The notes under the pieces were generated by a model. It did no database searches. It saw only the letters and a program-made list of their open reading frames with translations, and had not been told where the DNA came from. Positions 1 to 14,523 of a DNA stretch of 64,000 bases are shown one piece after another. Both the position numbers and the translations under genes were made by a program. Position 1 is the stretch's first letter. Each line of letters begins with the position of its first letter. The DNA comes from Octopus sinensis (Eukaryota), in NCBI RefSeq assembly GCF_006345805.1, contig NC_043000.1, forward strand, positions 74,276,001-74,340,000, written 5' to 3'.

Positions 1-1415
1 TAAGTGACAGAATACTTAAGATTAGATTAGTGCTTCATCGTGGATTAGCAACCATTATATCGGCCTATGCCCCTCAGGTGGGGCTACCCGATGGACAGAA
101 AGACCGATTCTATGACATCCTACTGCAGACTACCTCATTGACAAACGACAGAGACCTTCTCTTTGTAGCTGGTGACTTCAATGGTCACATTGGATGACAT
201 GCTGGGGGCTTCCAAGGTGTACATGGGGGCTATGGTTATGGTTTCCGCAACGAGGAGGGAACCAGGCTGCTGGAGTTCTGCAATGCAAATGATCTTATGG
301 TTTGCAACACTAACTTCAGGAAACCTACCAGCCACCTAGTCACCTACCGATCGGGCCGACATACCAGCCAAATTGACTACATCCTTGCCAGGAAAAGGGA
401 AAGATGGCTGCTTATAAATGCCAAAACCTTCCCCGGAGAAGAATGTACCCCACAACATAAACTGGTAATTAGTGACTTTAGGATCAGGACTAAGAGGACG
501 ACCAACATGGAGAAGAAGGATCTGGAAGCTTAAAGATCCTGTGAATGGACATAGACTTAGGGACATATTACTTGAAGCCTTTGCCAAAGTAGAAGGGGAT
601 AGAGCTTCACATGGGGTAGAAGACAACTGGAGGTCTCTGAGGGACAACCTGCTGAGAGCCACAGATCAGATCTGTGGCTGGTGCAAAGTCCTCTCTTGAC
701 CCAAAATAACGTGGTGGTGGAACAATGTTGTAGACAGGGCTATTAGAGAAAAGAGACAGGCTTGGAAGGACTGGAAAAATGGTGGTAGCAGGAAATTGTA
801 TCAGACTACCAAAAGAGAAGCTAGGAGACAGGTTTATTTAGCCAGAGGGAAAACAGATAAGAAAAAATTTGCCAATGTTCTGTGCCCTGAGGACCATAGA
901 CTTGAGGTATTCCGTGTTGCAAGACAGTGTGTGAGAGAGAATCATGATGTGGTAGGAGAGAAATGTGTTCTCATGGATGATGGTTCACTTGCACTAAATG
1001 AGGATGCAAAGAGAGGGGTTTGGAGACATCATTATGAGAGGCTGCTAAATAAGGAAAATGAATGGGATAAAGAGAGTCTACCGAATGTCGACCCAACAGA
1101 GGGACCAGCTATCCGAGTTGACAGTTCCTTAGTAGGTAAGGCAATTAGTAGCATGAAGACAGGTAAAGCCCCAGGCCCATCAGGAATTACTGGAGAGATG
1201 CTTAAAATATCTGGTAGTGTCGGCTATAGCCTAGTCACCTGTATAGTTAACCAGGTGATACACGAAGGAGTCATACCCAATGACTGGTTTAGCAGCATAA
1301 TAGTCAACTGCTACAAAGGTAAGGGTGATGCTTTAGATACAAATAATTACAGAGGTATCAAGCTGTTGGATCAGGTAATGAAGGTTACGGAGAGGGTCAT
1401 AGCCCAACTGATTAA

Positions 1416-2492
1416 CCCTTTCGTTACTATATTTCTGACCAAAATATGTGTTTCAATTAATTTCTAACGTAATCATAAATTTAGTCTGGTTTCATTAAAC
1501 AACTATAACTTTTTTATTTATCAATATATTAATCTGATTTTTGGAAGATAATTTAATGAAACGTTCTCAACCAATTCTATACTATAATTTTTGTCACAAA
1601 GTGACTCTAATTGCAGGTAGATACAGGTAAATTCAACAAAATATAAAATTATTAAAATTTCTGTTCAAACATCGCTATAGAAAATAGGTTATTAGCTAAT
1701 ATTCAATTGGGTATACAACAAAATTTTACGATAGAATTTGTTATTCTGGGTAACTTTCTGATACCCATAATATTTATGGCAAAATAGTGTTAATTTCATT
1801 TAAGGTTTGGTTGGAAACCACTAACTATCCTTTCTTTCGCTTTGTTTACGTTTAGCGTAACGGTTCGTTTCCGCCGTAATGATTTCAAATAGGCTCATTC
1901 GAAAAAGTAAAAAGAAATAGTCTAAGGCTTTACTCTTCTGGGAAAGTCTGTGGCTTGGTCCAGTTTCTTCAGAAAAATCACCAAAAGAAACAGTTTTTAA
2001 ATTTTCACTCCATTCAGGTGCCAATTCGTTTTCTTTATTGCTGTTGGAGCTCTCGGATTCACAGTTTTCACTTTCGGAAAATGAAACATCAGATTCATTA
2101 TCAAATACCACATGCTTTTTTTTTTCAGTCATAGAGTTAGATTTATGAAGGTCTTCAGTAGAAAATCCTTCGAATTCTGACTCGCTGCTTGATATAATGA
2201 AATTCGTATCCACTTTTTGTCAGAATTACAAATTTTGAAAACACAATAGGAACAAATTTCGGAAAAAAATCTCCCAAAATTCACGGAATTAAAATTACAC
2301 TTCGATTTTTGTACAAAACTGTAGTTGAGCTGTTTACGAAATATAATACGTGTTTTCACGAATGTACTAAAGAGATTTGCTCTGATATTCTCATTTAAAT
2401 ATGAATAGGTAAATTCGGGCGGGTTTGGGCGGTTTGGTCACATTAACCAAAATTTTTTTCGGGTGGCTTTGGGCGGTTTGGTATCGAAAGGG
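1416..2492 (-). mobile_element. Non-autonomous piggyBac element inserted in the RTE LINE
   Basis: TTAA duplicated at 1412-1415 and 2493-2496; TIRs CCCTTTCG(T/A)TAC; subterminal GGGCGGTTTGGT repeats. Removing it restores the RTE frame (QLIKERVS). Confidence 0.93.
1821..2213 (-). pseudogene. piggyBac transposase N-terminal remnant (acidic region plus start of core)
   Basis: ORF with SESEFEGF...EW...F.EETGP...LDYFFLLF...IITAETNRYA, typical of PGBD-type N-termini. Catalytic DDD region is absent. Confidence 0.8.
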
Positions 2493-4303
2493 TTAAGGAG
2501 AGAGTCAGCTTGGATGAGATGCAGTTTGGGTTCGTGCCAGGAAAAAGCACCACTGATGCCATATTTCTGGTGAGATAGCTGCAGGAGAAATACCTAGCCA
2601 AGGATAAGCCCCTGTACCTGGCTTTCATTGACATGGAGAAAGCCTTTGACAGGGTCCCCCGATCCCTTATCTGGTGGTCAATGAGGAAACTAGGGATAGA
2701 TGAGTGGTTAGCGAGAGCTGTGCAAGCCATGTACAGAGATGCTGTAAGTAAGGTGAGGGTTGGCAACGAGTACACTAAAGAATTCAGAGTAGAGGTAGGG
2801 GTTCACCAAGGTTCAGTCCTCAGCCCCCTCCTATTTATCATAGTCCTCCAGGCAATAACGGAGGAATTCAAGACAGGATGCCCCTGGGAGCTTCTCTATG
2901 CTGATGACCTTGCTCTAATTGCTGAGTCACTATCAGAACTAGAAAAGTTTCAGATGTTGAAGCAAGGATTAGAATTGAAGGGCCTTAAAATCAACCTAGC
3001 TAAAACCAAAGTCCTAATATGTAGGAAGGCAGGCAAATCACAAACGCCTTCAGGTAGATGGCCCTGCTCGATCTGTAGAAAAACTCTATAAGATGCACCA
3101 AGTGTAAGCTATTGACACATAAGAGGTGCAGCAATGTCAAAGGAAAGCTAACTGGGAAGATAGATTTTGTATGTGGCAGATGCTCAGGAGCAATAAACAC
3201 TGAAAATGCTCAGAGACCAACTTCCGCCACATTCCAGGGAGAAAAACTAGAAGTAGTTGATAGCTTCCGTTACCTAGGTGACCAAGTCAGTAGCGGGGGT
3301 GGGTGTGCTGAAAGTGTAACTGCTAGAGTAAGAATAGCCTGGGCAAAGTTCAGAGAGCTCTTACCTCTGCTGGTGACAAAAGGCCTCTCGCTCAGAGTAA
3401 AAGGCAGACTGTATGATGCATGTGTACGAACAGCCATGCTACATGGCAGTGAAACTTGGGCCATGACTGCTGAGGATATGCGTAAGCTCGCAAGAAATGA
3501 AGCTAGTATGCTCTGATGGATGTGTAATGTCAGCATTCATACTCGACAGAGTGTAAGTACCTTGAGAGAAAAGTTGGACCTTAGAAGCATCAGTTGTGGT
3601 GTGCAAGAGAGACGTTTGCGCTGGTATGGTCATGTAGCGAGAATGGATGAAGATAGTTGTGTGAAAAAGTGCCACATCCTGGCGGTTGAGGGAACCTGTG
3701 GAAGAGGTAGACCCAGGAAAACCTGGGACGAGGTGGTGGAGAACGACCTTCGAACTTTAGGTCTCACCGAGGAAATGACCAGAGACCGAGATCTTTGGAA
3801 GTATGCTGTGCGTGGGAAGACCCGGCAGGACAAGTGAGACCATAACTCGTGGCCTCTACCTGGGACATAGCCAGCCCACTTATGCATACCTTTCCTTCTT
3901 GTGACACAAACCCTACTTGTAAAGACCTGTTGAAGCAAGTGAAAATCGAAATCGAAATCTTTCAACATCAATGGAAATTGTAGCTGAGATACCAGTGCCG
4001 GTGGCACATAAGAGAACCAGCCGAACGTAGCCGTTGCCAGCGCCATCCGATTGTGGCCGGTGGCACGTAAAAAGCACCATCCGATCGTGGCCATTTGCCA
4101 GCCTCGTCTGGCACCTGTGCAGGTGGCACATAAAAAGCACCCACTACACTCTCGGAGTAGTTGGCGTTAGGAAGGGCATCCAGCTGTAGAAACACTGCCA
4201 GATCAGACTGGGCATGGCACAGCCTTCTGGCTTCCCAGACCCCAGTTGAACCGTCCAACCCATGCTAGCATGGAAAACGGACGTTAAACGATGATGATGA
4301 TGA

Positions 4304-4798
4304 TACCATAGCCAGGGCTGTATATTATTTTTTGACCGATTTCTTTAGTTTGGTCAAACTTGCGGTAGATTTTAGGTGGATTCCAGTATTTCAGTTTATT
4401 CCACCTTTATGGTACACCTGTTCAGTTGTGCATTAAATTCAACTGATGATCTAGTGATGTGCACAATTCTTCTATATCAAAATTTTGCTGCATACCCAAT
4501 TGAATATTAGCTGATGATTCATTTTCTATGGTGATGTTTATACAAAATTTTAATATTTTTACATTTTGCTCAATTTACCTGGATTTATATGTAATTAAAG
4601 TCACGTTGAGACAAAAGTTATGCAATAGAGTTGATTAAGAACCTTTTCTTTAATTATGTTCCAAATATCACATTAATATCTTGATAAGTAAAAAATTTAC
4701 AGTTATTTAATGAAACAAGCCTAAATTCATGATTATTTTAGAATTTAATTGAAACTCATGAGGGGTGTATTTTGGTCAGAAATATAGTAACGAAAGGG
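4304..4798 (+). mobile_element. Terminal part of a related piggyBac element, opposite orientation
   Basis: 4768-4802 (tattttggtcagaaatatagtaacgaaagggTTAA) is the reverse complement of the 1412-1446 terminus. The other end is not found. Confidence 0.75.
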
Positions 4799-5082
4799 TT
4801 AATATGTTGTGTTTGTCATATTAACTAATACTGTAGCAGACTGGAAAATCTAAAACATAGTCAGTCATCAAATTTATAATGTTTCTCCTTATGGTGGCAC
4901 AAATTAAAATAATTTACTGTATTCCAAGTCATCAAGTTCTGAAAATGACATGAATATTGAAATAAACACATAACTTTGCAAGCTTTTGTTAAGCTCCATT
5001 TAAACCTGCACTTTTTTTTTACTTGCTAAGTTGGAGGAAGGGGAAGTGTCCATGACCTTGCAGGCCCTCCAAGACTAGTGAG

Positions 5083-7520
5083 AGTGATTTCAACTTCCCC
5101 AATGTCAAATGGCCCGAAGGTCTCATACTCTCAGGAATGAATCATTGCAAGCAAGTACAGGTGGAGTCCCTGCTCAACCTCACCAATGCCTTATTCATGG
5201 AGGAAGTTGTAATCAAACCAACTAGGGCGAATAACATTCTGGATCTCTGCTTCATGAACAATATGGACATCATTCATGATGTGAAAGTGACACCAACATT
5301 AGTCTCGGATCACAACATAATAGAGCTGTCTACGTTTGGGCCGAAAGTAACCAGAGACATACAGCCTAAGGGAAGCACCCAAAATCTCTCCAATCTGAAC
5401 TTCCACAAACAGATTGGAAATCGACCCAAAAAGAGATCCTCAGAGAGGACTGGCCGGAATGTCTCTCCACACCAGACATTGACATGAAACTAGAATGTTT
5501 CATGTCTTCTGTGCAAGCCGTATGCCAGAAATATGTCCCAGAGCACAAGGCCAAAACAAATAGGAGCAAGATTCGAAGAGATAGGAAGATCCTCATGAGA
5601 TGATGGACGAAGGTTGCAAATCATCCCAAAAGTAGTGAAACGTCCCGCCTAAAAACAACACTGATGGAGATTGAAAAAAGGCTGTGAGGGAGAAAGCAGA
5701 CAAAGAAGCCTGGGTTATAAAAAACATTAAATCAGACCCAAAGGCCTTCTTTCATTACGCGAAAGAAACAGTCTCAGTGCACTACAAGATAGGACCCCTC
5801 CTCCGAAAGGATGGCTCCCTCACAGACAGTCCAACTAAGATCAGTGAGATGCTAAATGACCAGTTCAAAAGTGTCTTTACCATCCTGTTGGAACACAGAC
5901 AAGTGAACGAACCAGTGGACTTCTTTCCAGCAATCCTCCTCAAAGCGTGTAAGCATGCCTTGGCAAAAACCCTCAAGATTCTCTTCCAGAGCTCTGTTGC
6001 GAATGGCAAGCTACCAAGCAAGCTGAAGGGGGGAATAATATGCCCAATACATAAAGGGGGAAGTAGAGCAGATGCCAAAAACTATAGGCCTATCTCTCTG
6101 ACTACACACATCAGCAAAGTCATGGAACGGATAGTCAGAAAGAAACTAATCGCATTCCTTGAGGAAAATAACTTGCTGAGTGATACCCAGCATGGTTTTC
6201 GACGAGGTAGGAGCTGCCTGACCCAGCTCTTACAACATTATGACTGGGTGTTGAGGCAGTTACTCAACAAATCAAATGTGGACGTAATCTACCTTGATTT
6301 TGCAAAAGCTTTTGACAAGGTGGATCATGGTATGATATGCCACAAACTGCGTGACCTCAGCATAGCTGGAAAACTTGGAGTGTGGTTACATGACTTCCTG
6401 AAAGATAGGAGTCAGGCAGTAGTGGTTAATGGAGCCACCTCTATGAACACACAAATAGTGAATGGTGTTCCACAGGGCACTGTCTTGGGACCACTGCTTT
6501 TTATAGTGGCCCTCTCAGATATGCCCTCAAATGCCCAGATAGCCACTCTGGCAAGCTATGCGGACGATGCGAAAGTCTCACAGAAAATACAGAACCTCAG
6601 CGATGTTGCACACTTGCAGCAGGAGTTGGACTCAAATCTACAGGTGGGTCAAGGATAATAATATGCAGTTTAATGCTGAAACATTCCAGGCCCTGCGCTA
6701 CCAGCATCCAAAAGTGAATATTAAACTTACAGGGTACACCGGTCCACAGGGAATTTGAATCCCAGAGCCTAAGTCTGTGACGGATCTGGGTATCGACATG
6801 AGTGATGATACCTCTTTCCAAGTGCATATTACCAGGATGACAACAAAGTGCAGACGACTGGCTGAATGGATCCTAAGAACATTCAGAACCAGAGATAAGG
6901 AAACCATGATGGTCCTCTGGCGGACATTCGTCCTCAGCCACCTAGATTACTGCTCACAGCTATGGTCACTCACCAGTGTGAAATTAACAGCAGACCTTGA
7001 AGCAATCTAGAGAAGATTCACAAAGAAGATCATCTCTTTGCAACAGCTCAGCTTCTGGGAAAGGTTGAAACAGCTAAGACTCTACTCCCTGGAAAGAAAA
7101 CAGGAAAGGTATGCAGTAATATATGTCTGGAAGATCCTGGAAGGAATTGTGCCAAATTTTGGCATTGTAAGCTACACCAATGCTAGAATGGGACGACACT
7201 GCATAGTGCCAAAGATCCCAGCAATGCCATCACGCTTCAGGACCAGCTATTGCTGTGTGTCCTAGAAACCCAGGCTGTTGCCTGGGTTTCAAGGGCCCAC
7301 AGCTTTTTAATATACTCTGCAAGTGACTGAGGAACTTGCACAAAGTAGATGTAGCGGTTTTTAAATCAAAGCTAGACATCTTCCTGTCGAGAATCCCAGA
7401 TGAACCTATCTCGCGGCAAGAGGTGCAAATGAGCGTAGCTATATCAAACTCCAATAACAGTGTAGCACAAAACGGTGGTGCATCAGCATGGCCGCAGCTC
7501 TGAACTCAAACAAGAGAGAA
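5083..7520 (+). mobile_element. CR1/L2-group LINE, 5'-truncated and decayed
   Basis: DFNFP, NILDL, SDH (APE end); NYRPISLT, QHGFR.GRSCLTQLL, YLDFAKAFDKVDH, GVPQGTVLGPLLF, YADD; multiple stops. 3' tail ggtggtgc..agcatggccgcag. Confidence 0.9.
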
Positions 7521-7533
7521 AATATATATATAC

Positions 7534-8536
7534 ATAAATTCAGGGTGAATACTTGATAAGTATAAGCACCTGTATATGCCAGCTTGTAGCATAGGTGAGA
7601 GGATATATGTATCAAATGAAATAAATTGAAAAACAGGACACAAAGGATGTTGCGGTACATATGTTTCGAGCTTTATAGAACAACTTATTCTTACATCATT
7701 GCATAATCGACATAACAGATAGTTCAAAAGCCCTCTTCAGCCGCATGCAATTGCTACACCAAAGACTTGTATCACATTATGAAAGGTTTGAGAAAAAACA
7801 TTTGGCATTGTTTATAATGGTAGGTAAACTGAGTATCACTGGGAATGTATGTTTGTAAATCTTTATCATCAAATAGGCATACATGGTATTATTAGACTTC
7901 AAAAAAATGGTCTATACTGTTTTCTCAGTCAATATAGAGTGAGTACTGTGTAGATTCCGATTGGGTTTATTCTTCTTGTAGGGGAAGGAATTGGATGTTG
8001 AGAGAAAGAGAAAAAAGAGGAAAGAGGGGAAGGGTAGGAAATGTTAATGAAGTTGGGATCACAAAGAAATATATATATAAATATAATTATAAGGATAATA
8101 AAATATAAAATATAATAAAAAGTAAAGATGTAAAAATATAAAGATATAAAGAACGTCAGGTACAGGGTCATAAATTCTAGAAATGTATTGTGAAAGTGTA
8201 ATAGGTACAAAAAATAAAGAGTAAAAAATAAAAAAACAAAAATAAAGATAAAATGAGATAAAGATAAAAAGATACAAATGTATACAAAGCGGTCGTAAAG
8301 ACAAAAGGATTAAGATAGAGAGATAATGGGTTAAAGTTCTGATGCTGTGGTAAGTGTATGGGGGGGGGAGTGAAATATGATATAGTTGAGGCGAGTGGTC
8401 AGTTTATAGCAGTCCCACATTACATGCTTTAAGCCTATCTTGTATGTGTGTACGTGTGTGTCTACATACTTACCCACTCTCACATATATAAACCTGTCTC
8501 CTGTGACTAGTGATATGTCCGGTTGTAGGTATCATT
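7534..8536 (-). repeat. Pseudo-LTR copy 1 (3' copy) of the Penelope-like element
   Basis: Near-identical to 11385-12386, with only scattered substitutions; the ORF track shows duplicated spurious peptides. Confidence 0.92.
7651..7745 (-). ncRNA. Type-I hammerhead ribozyme in pseudo-LTR
   Basis: Minus strand reads UGCGG-CUGAAGA-GGGCUUU..long loop..AAAGCUC-GAA-ACAUAUGU-A-CCGCA: intact core, stems I and II, palindromic stem III, GUA cleavage triplet. Confidence 0.88.
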
Positions 8537-8559
8537 ACACACCCCATGTCATCCTGAAT

Positions 8560-8633
<74 letters not shown>

Positions 8634-8683
8634 TATATATATACACACACACATATATATATACATACACACACTCACATATT

Positions 8684-8721
<38 letters not shown>

Positions 8722-9620
8722 CACATATGAATATACCTATATATACACGCACATATACACACACACACACATACTACACACACAAGTAAATATATCTATG
8801 CATACACACACACACATATATATATATATACACATACATGTATGCGTCTGTACATGTTCATGCATACACACACCTGCGTACACATACATACATACACCCA
8901 TATATACATATATGTATATGCACATATACATACACACACCTATATGTATATACATATATATATGCATATATACACCCACATACACAAAACATGCACACCC
9001 ACTCATATACATACACATACGTGTATATGTATATATATATATATATATATAAACACATATACATCTGTACATACACACACATATATTCTCACATACACAT
9101 ATATACATGTATATATACACACACACATGCACATATACATACACGTACATACATATGCATACATATACATATCTATATACATGCATACACATACACATGT
9201 GTAGACACCTACATATACACACCCACATATAAATACACTTATATATACCCACACATACACATATCTATACACGTATGTGTATCCCCATAAACTCGTACAA
9301 AAAATACATGAAGGTAAATGTTTATACACATGCACGCACATACGTATACGTACATATGCACACACACATAGGCACATGCATACACACATACATGTGCACA
9401 CATACATACACATACATATGCATTCACACACTTACGCACACACATGCGTACACACAGATACACATATATATACACACATACACACACACACACATATATA
9501 CATGTGTGTGAGTGTGTGTACATTTCCGTTAGTACATACGTCCACACATGCATACATGTAAATCTCGAAAAGTATAAATCTCCATACCTATACACTCGAA
9601 GGTTCATTCATACACACACG
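8560..9620. repeat. Complex (TA)n/(CA)n/(CATA)n microsatellite region inside the Penelope-like element
   Basis: Directly visible low-complexity dinucleotide repeats. Confidence 0.95.
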
Positions 9621-11384
9621 CAAACAAAACCTCACACCTTCTAAATATCTATCTTGAATACGGGGATGTAGCATTTATAATTAATTAACAAGTTAATAAT
9701 GTGTAAGGGTAAAGTAAACGGTAAAAATTAGAAAAAAGTAAAATATTCAGTAAAATTAGAGAAAAGAAAAAGTAAACAAAAAATTTAAAAAAGTAAAACA
9801 AAGATAAAAATAAAAAAGTAAACTAAAAATAAAGGTAAACGTAAAACTAGACTAGTTCGTTTATATGGAGGAGTTTTATAGGTGACGGGTGTTCTAGGCA
9901 GTTCATCATATGATTTTTTGCCGCAAGATATTTTCTGGGGGTACCCAGCACTAGAGAGAGCTTGGTTATAGTGATGTGCGTAATCTATTGTTAGACAATA
10001 ACTTAGTTAATATGTCAGGGACAGCTTGGACTGTGGTGTTAACTATACAGGGTGGGTGATTGGAAGAAGTGTTAATATATCTAGTGCTTTCCTCTGGTTT
10101 CCTATAGGGGTAGTGAAGGCCCTTGTCTAAGTCTAATGTAACATCTAAGAAATCAACTATTTTCGTATTAGTCATAAACTCTAGTTTTAGATTGAAAGAT
10201 TTAAAGAATAGCCTAATCTTTTTCCTAATTCTTTCTAGTTTCCTCTTATTATTAGTGGGGTATATGAAGAGTGCATCATCCCTATATAGACCCCCCCCCT
10301 GAAGATCCTGTACCTCCGAGAATAGCTTCTTAAGCCGGTAGGCCCCGACCAAGTCAGTCACCAGAGCTGAATCGCTCGAGTCCATGGCCACATGGAAGTT
10401 ATCGGGGGTATCGGATCTAGTCCAAAATCTACCGTCAAATTCTATTATAGTTTTCCTAGCTAAGAGTATAATATCAATTTTTTCTCTATCTATGAGCGAA
10501 AGGCTGCGGGCATATATAAGGGATTTATTCAGTAAGATAGGGGATATACTAGCATAGTAATTAGCTATGTCAAACTGTATAAACGAGTAATTAGATCTGT
10601 TAGTAATTGTGTTAAACCACTCCAGAACATCGTCGGTATTAATCCATAAATTGAGTGCATGGGATCACTGTGTCCAGAATAGTTTTGGACATATTAATCT
10701 TACTCCTATGTTTTCTGGGAAACCTTTTTTATGGTCTTTGATGCTAATTTTTGGTTCCTGAGGTTTAAGCGGTTCAGTCCTATCTAGTAGATCTAGTTTA
10801 GCCATTACTTCCTTTATTTTTTTGTTGATTTCCTTTAGGTTTTCAGCAGATGTAGTCTTATATTTTTTACTTAGTTCTTTCATGATGAGTAATTTGTAAT
10901 TATTGTAGTCTAATTTATACCAATTGCCGGTTTTATCAGCATGTACAATTAGACTATCCTCATTCCTAAGTGAAGTTAAGAAGTCTTTTAAACTATTCAG
11001 GTGGGTGTTTGAAATGGTCCTATGTTTTCTAATTTTGATATTGCTAATAAAGTCGATTAAGTCCTCGAAATTTTCCAATGCGTAATTTGGAGGCGGGTTT
11101 CTTCTACTTTAAAAAATTTTTTTATGTATCATTTCATCCCAGTTACGGTTAGAGTTGCATTTTTCTTTGTCGTCAAAATGGTAGGCCGCCCACCTAATTC
11201 TTCTAATGAAATCCGTAGTCCTGTGGATAAGGGTCGTCATGTATCGGTGTGAAGTAGTATGTCCTTCGGAGAGAAATTGGTATTAATCCTTTGTATCATT
11301 ATTTTTTTGTGTTTATCAAGTACTAAAGGTTGTCGAGGTTATATGGGATCCAATCCAATTGACAACATAGGTTAGGTAGGTACA

Positions 11385-12386
11385 ATAAATTCAGGGTGAA
11401 TACTTGATAGATGTAAGCACCTGTATATGCCAGCTAGTAGCATAGGTGAGAGGATATACGTATCAAATGAAATAAAATGAAAAACAGGACACAAAGGATG
11501 TTGTGGTACATATGTTTCGAGCTTTATAGAACAACTTATTCTTACATCAATGCATAATTGACATAACAGATAGTTCAAAAGCCCTCTTCAGCCGCATGCA
11601 ATTGCTACACCAAAGACTTGTATCACATTATGAAAGGTTTGAGAAAAAACATTTGGCATTGTTTATAATGGTAGGTAAACTGAGTATCACTGGGAATGTA
11701 TGTTTGTAAATCTTCATCATCAAATAGGCATACATGGTATTATTAGACTTCAAAAAAATGGTCTATACTGTTTTCTCAGTCAATATAGAGTGAGTACTGT
11801 GTAGATTCCGGTTGGGTTTATTCTTCTTGTAAGGGAAGGAATTGGATGTTTAGAGAAAGAGAAAAAGGAGGAAAGAGGGGAAGGGTAGGAAATGTTAATG
11901 AAGTTGGGATCACAAAAAAATATATATATAAATATAATTATAAGGATAATAAAATATAAAATATAATAAAAAGTAAAGATGTAAAAATATAAAGATATAA
12001 AGAACGTCAGGTACAGGGTCATAAATTCTAGAAATGTATTGTGAAAGTGTAATAGGTACAAAAAATAAAGAGTAAAAAATAAAAAAACAAAAATAAAGAT
12101 AAAATGAGATAAAGATAAAAAGATACAAATGTATACAAAGCGGTCGTAAAGACAAAAGGATTAAGATAGAGAGATAATGGGTTAAAGTTCTGATGCTGTG
12201 GTAAGTGTATGGGGGGGGAGTGAAATATGATATAGTTGAGGCGAGTGGTCAGTTTATAGCAGTCCCACGTTACACGCTTTAAGCCTATCTTGTATGTGTG
12301 TACGTGTGTGTCTACATACTTACCCACTCTCACATATATAAACATGTCTCCTGTGACTAGTGATATGTCCGGATGTAGGTATCATT
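11385..12386 (-). repeat. Pseudo-LTR copy 2 (5' copy) of the Penelope-like element
   Basis: Near-identical to 7534-8536. Confidence 0.92.
11502..11596 (-). ncRNA. Type-I hammerhead ribozyme in second pseudo-LTR
   Basis: Same motif as 7651-7745, with one stem-I mismatch (CCACA instead of CCGCA). Confidence 0.82.
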
Positions 12387-12429
12387 TTATATATATATTG
12401 AATTAGAGATAAAACCACTATTAGGCAAA

Positions 12430-12527
12430 TCTACTTCGTCAAAGGCTTCAAGTAATATGTACCTAAATCTCTGTCCATTCGCAGGATCTTTAAGCTTCCA
12501 GATCCTTCTTCTCCATGTTGGTCGTCT
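12430..12527 (-). mobile_element. Short RTE LINE fragment (same family as 1-4303)
   Basis: Reverse complement closely matches about 497-593 (gacgaccaacatggagaagaaggatctggaagcttaaagatcctg...). Confidence 0.85.
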
Positions 12528-13745
<1,218 letters not shown>

Positions 13746-14118
13746 TGTTTCTTTTTGTTCTTTTACTTGTTTCAGTCATTTGACTGTGGTCATGCTGGAG
13801 CACCGCCTTTAGTCAAGCAAATCAACCCCAGGACTTATTCTTTGTAAGCCTAGTACTCATTCTATTGTTCTCTTTTGCCAAACAGCTAAGTTACAGGGAT
13901 GTAAACACACCAGCATCGATTGTCTAGCGATGTGGGGTGGGGGGGACAAACACACATATATCTATATATACAATGGGCTTCTTTCAGTTTCCATCTACCA
14001 AATCCACTCACAAGGTTTTGGTTAGCCTAAGGCTATAGTAGGAGACACTCACCCAAGGTGCCACACAGTAGAACTGAACATGGAACTATGTGGTTGGTTA
14101 GCAAGCTACTTACCACAT
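13746..14118 (-). mobile_element. tRNA-derived CORE-type SINE (octopus OR-like)
   Basis: Reverse complement matches the 38980-39357 SINE (gtggtaagtagcttgc head; ggtgctccagcatg..cagtcaaatgactgaaacaagtaaaaga tail). Confidence 0.82.
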
Positions 14119-14189
14119 TTAACATTTTTTTAGAAATAATCTTGAAATTTAATTTCGTAAATTTTAGAAAAGGATGCAAACACACAAAA

Positions 14190-14430
14190 GGCAAAATCAA
14201 CCTCAGCAGAATTTGAACTCAGAACGTAGCAACATCCAAAATACTACAAGACACTTTGTCCAGCATGCTAATGATTCTGCCAAATCACCACCTTACTACT
14301 GCTGCTACTACTAATACTAATAATAATAATCATGAAATTTGAGGGGAGGGTTACATCGACCCCTGTGTTTCACTGCTACTTAATTTTTCAACCCTCCAAA
14401 GGATGAAAGGCAAAGTCAACCTCAGCTGAA
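14190..14430 (-). mobile_element. Rearranged fragments of a second SINE family (also at about 40862-40945, 43020-43200, 51240-51410)
   Basis: Shared motifs gaatttgaactcagaacgtagc (B-box like on -) and ggatgaaaggcaaagtcaacctc; adjacent (TAA)n. Confidence 0.6.
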
Positions 14431-14523
14431 AAATAATAATAATAATAATAATAATAATGATGATGATGATAATGATAATTTCTTTTATAATAATAATAAA
14501 AATGATTTCTTTTATAATAATAA

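Larger units (their letters stand above)
1..4303 (+). mobile_element. RTE-clade LINE (5' end outside window), decayed APE-RT ORF, 3' UTR ending in (GAT)n tail
   Basis: APE motifs (AGDFNGH, SQIDYIL), RT motifs (KAPGPSG, NYRGIKLL, FIDMEKAFDRV, GVHQGSVLSPLLF, YADD) and RTE C-terminus (RLRWYGHV, GRGRPRKTW) ending at stop 3837. Several in-frame stops/frameshifts. Tail gatgatgatga at about 4290-4303. Confidence 0.93.
7534..12386 (-). mobile_element. Penelope-like element with ~1 kb direct pseudo-LTRs; decayed RT, no GIY-YIG domain seen
   Basis: RT pieces on the - strand at about 9790-11290: FIRRIRWAAYHF, ADKTGN, LYRDD, DFLDVTLDL, YINTSSNHPP, YNQALSSAGY. Flanked by near-identical direct repeats. 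Confidence 0.88.

Noticed and set aside
8440-9644. Many overlapping ORFs rich in Y/I/H/T/C/V (also 13423-13847, 17381-17806, 25751-26003, 58175-59230)
   Set aside because: They are translations of TA/CA/TG microsatellites, which lack stop codons in several frames.
7534-12386. LTR retrotransposon (1-kb direct repeats)
   Set aside because: No TG..CA termini, PBS/PPT, gag or integrase; the RT is Penelope-type, so these are pseudo-LTRs.
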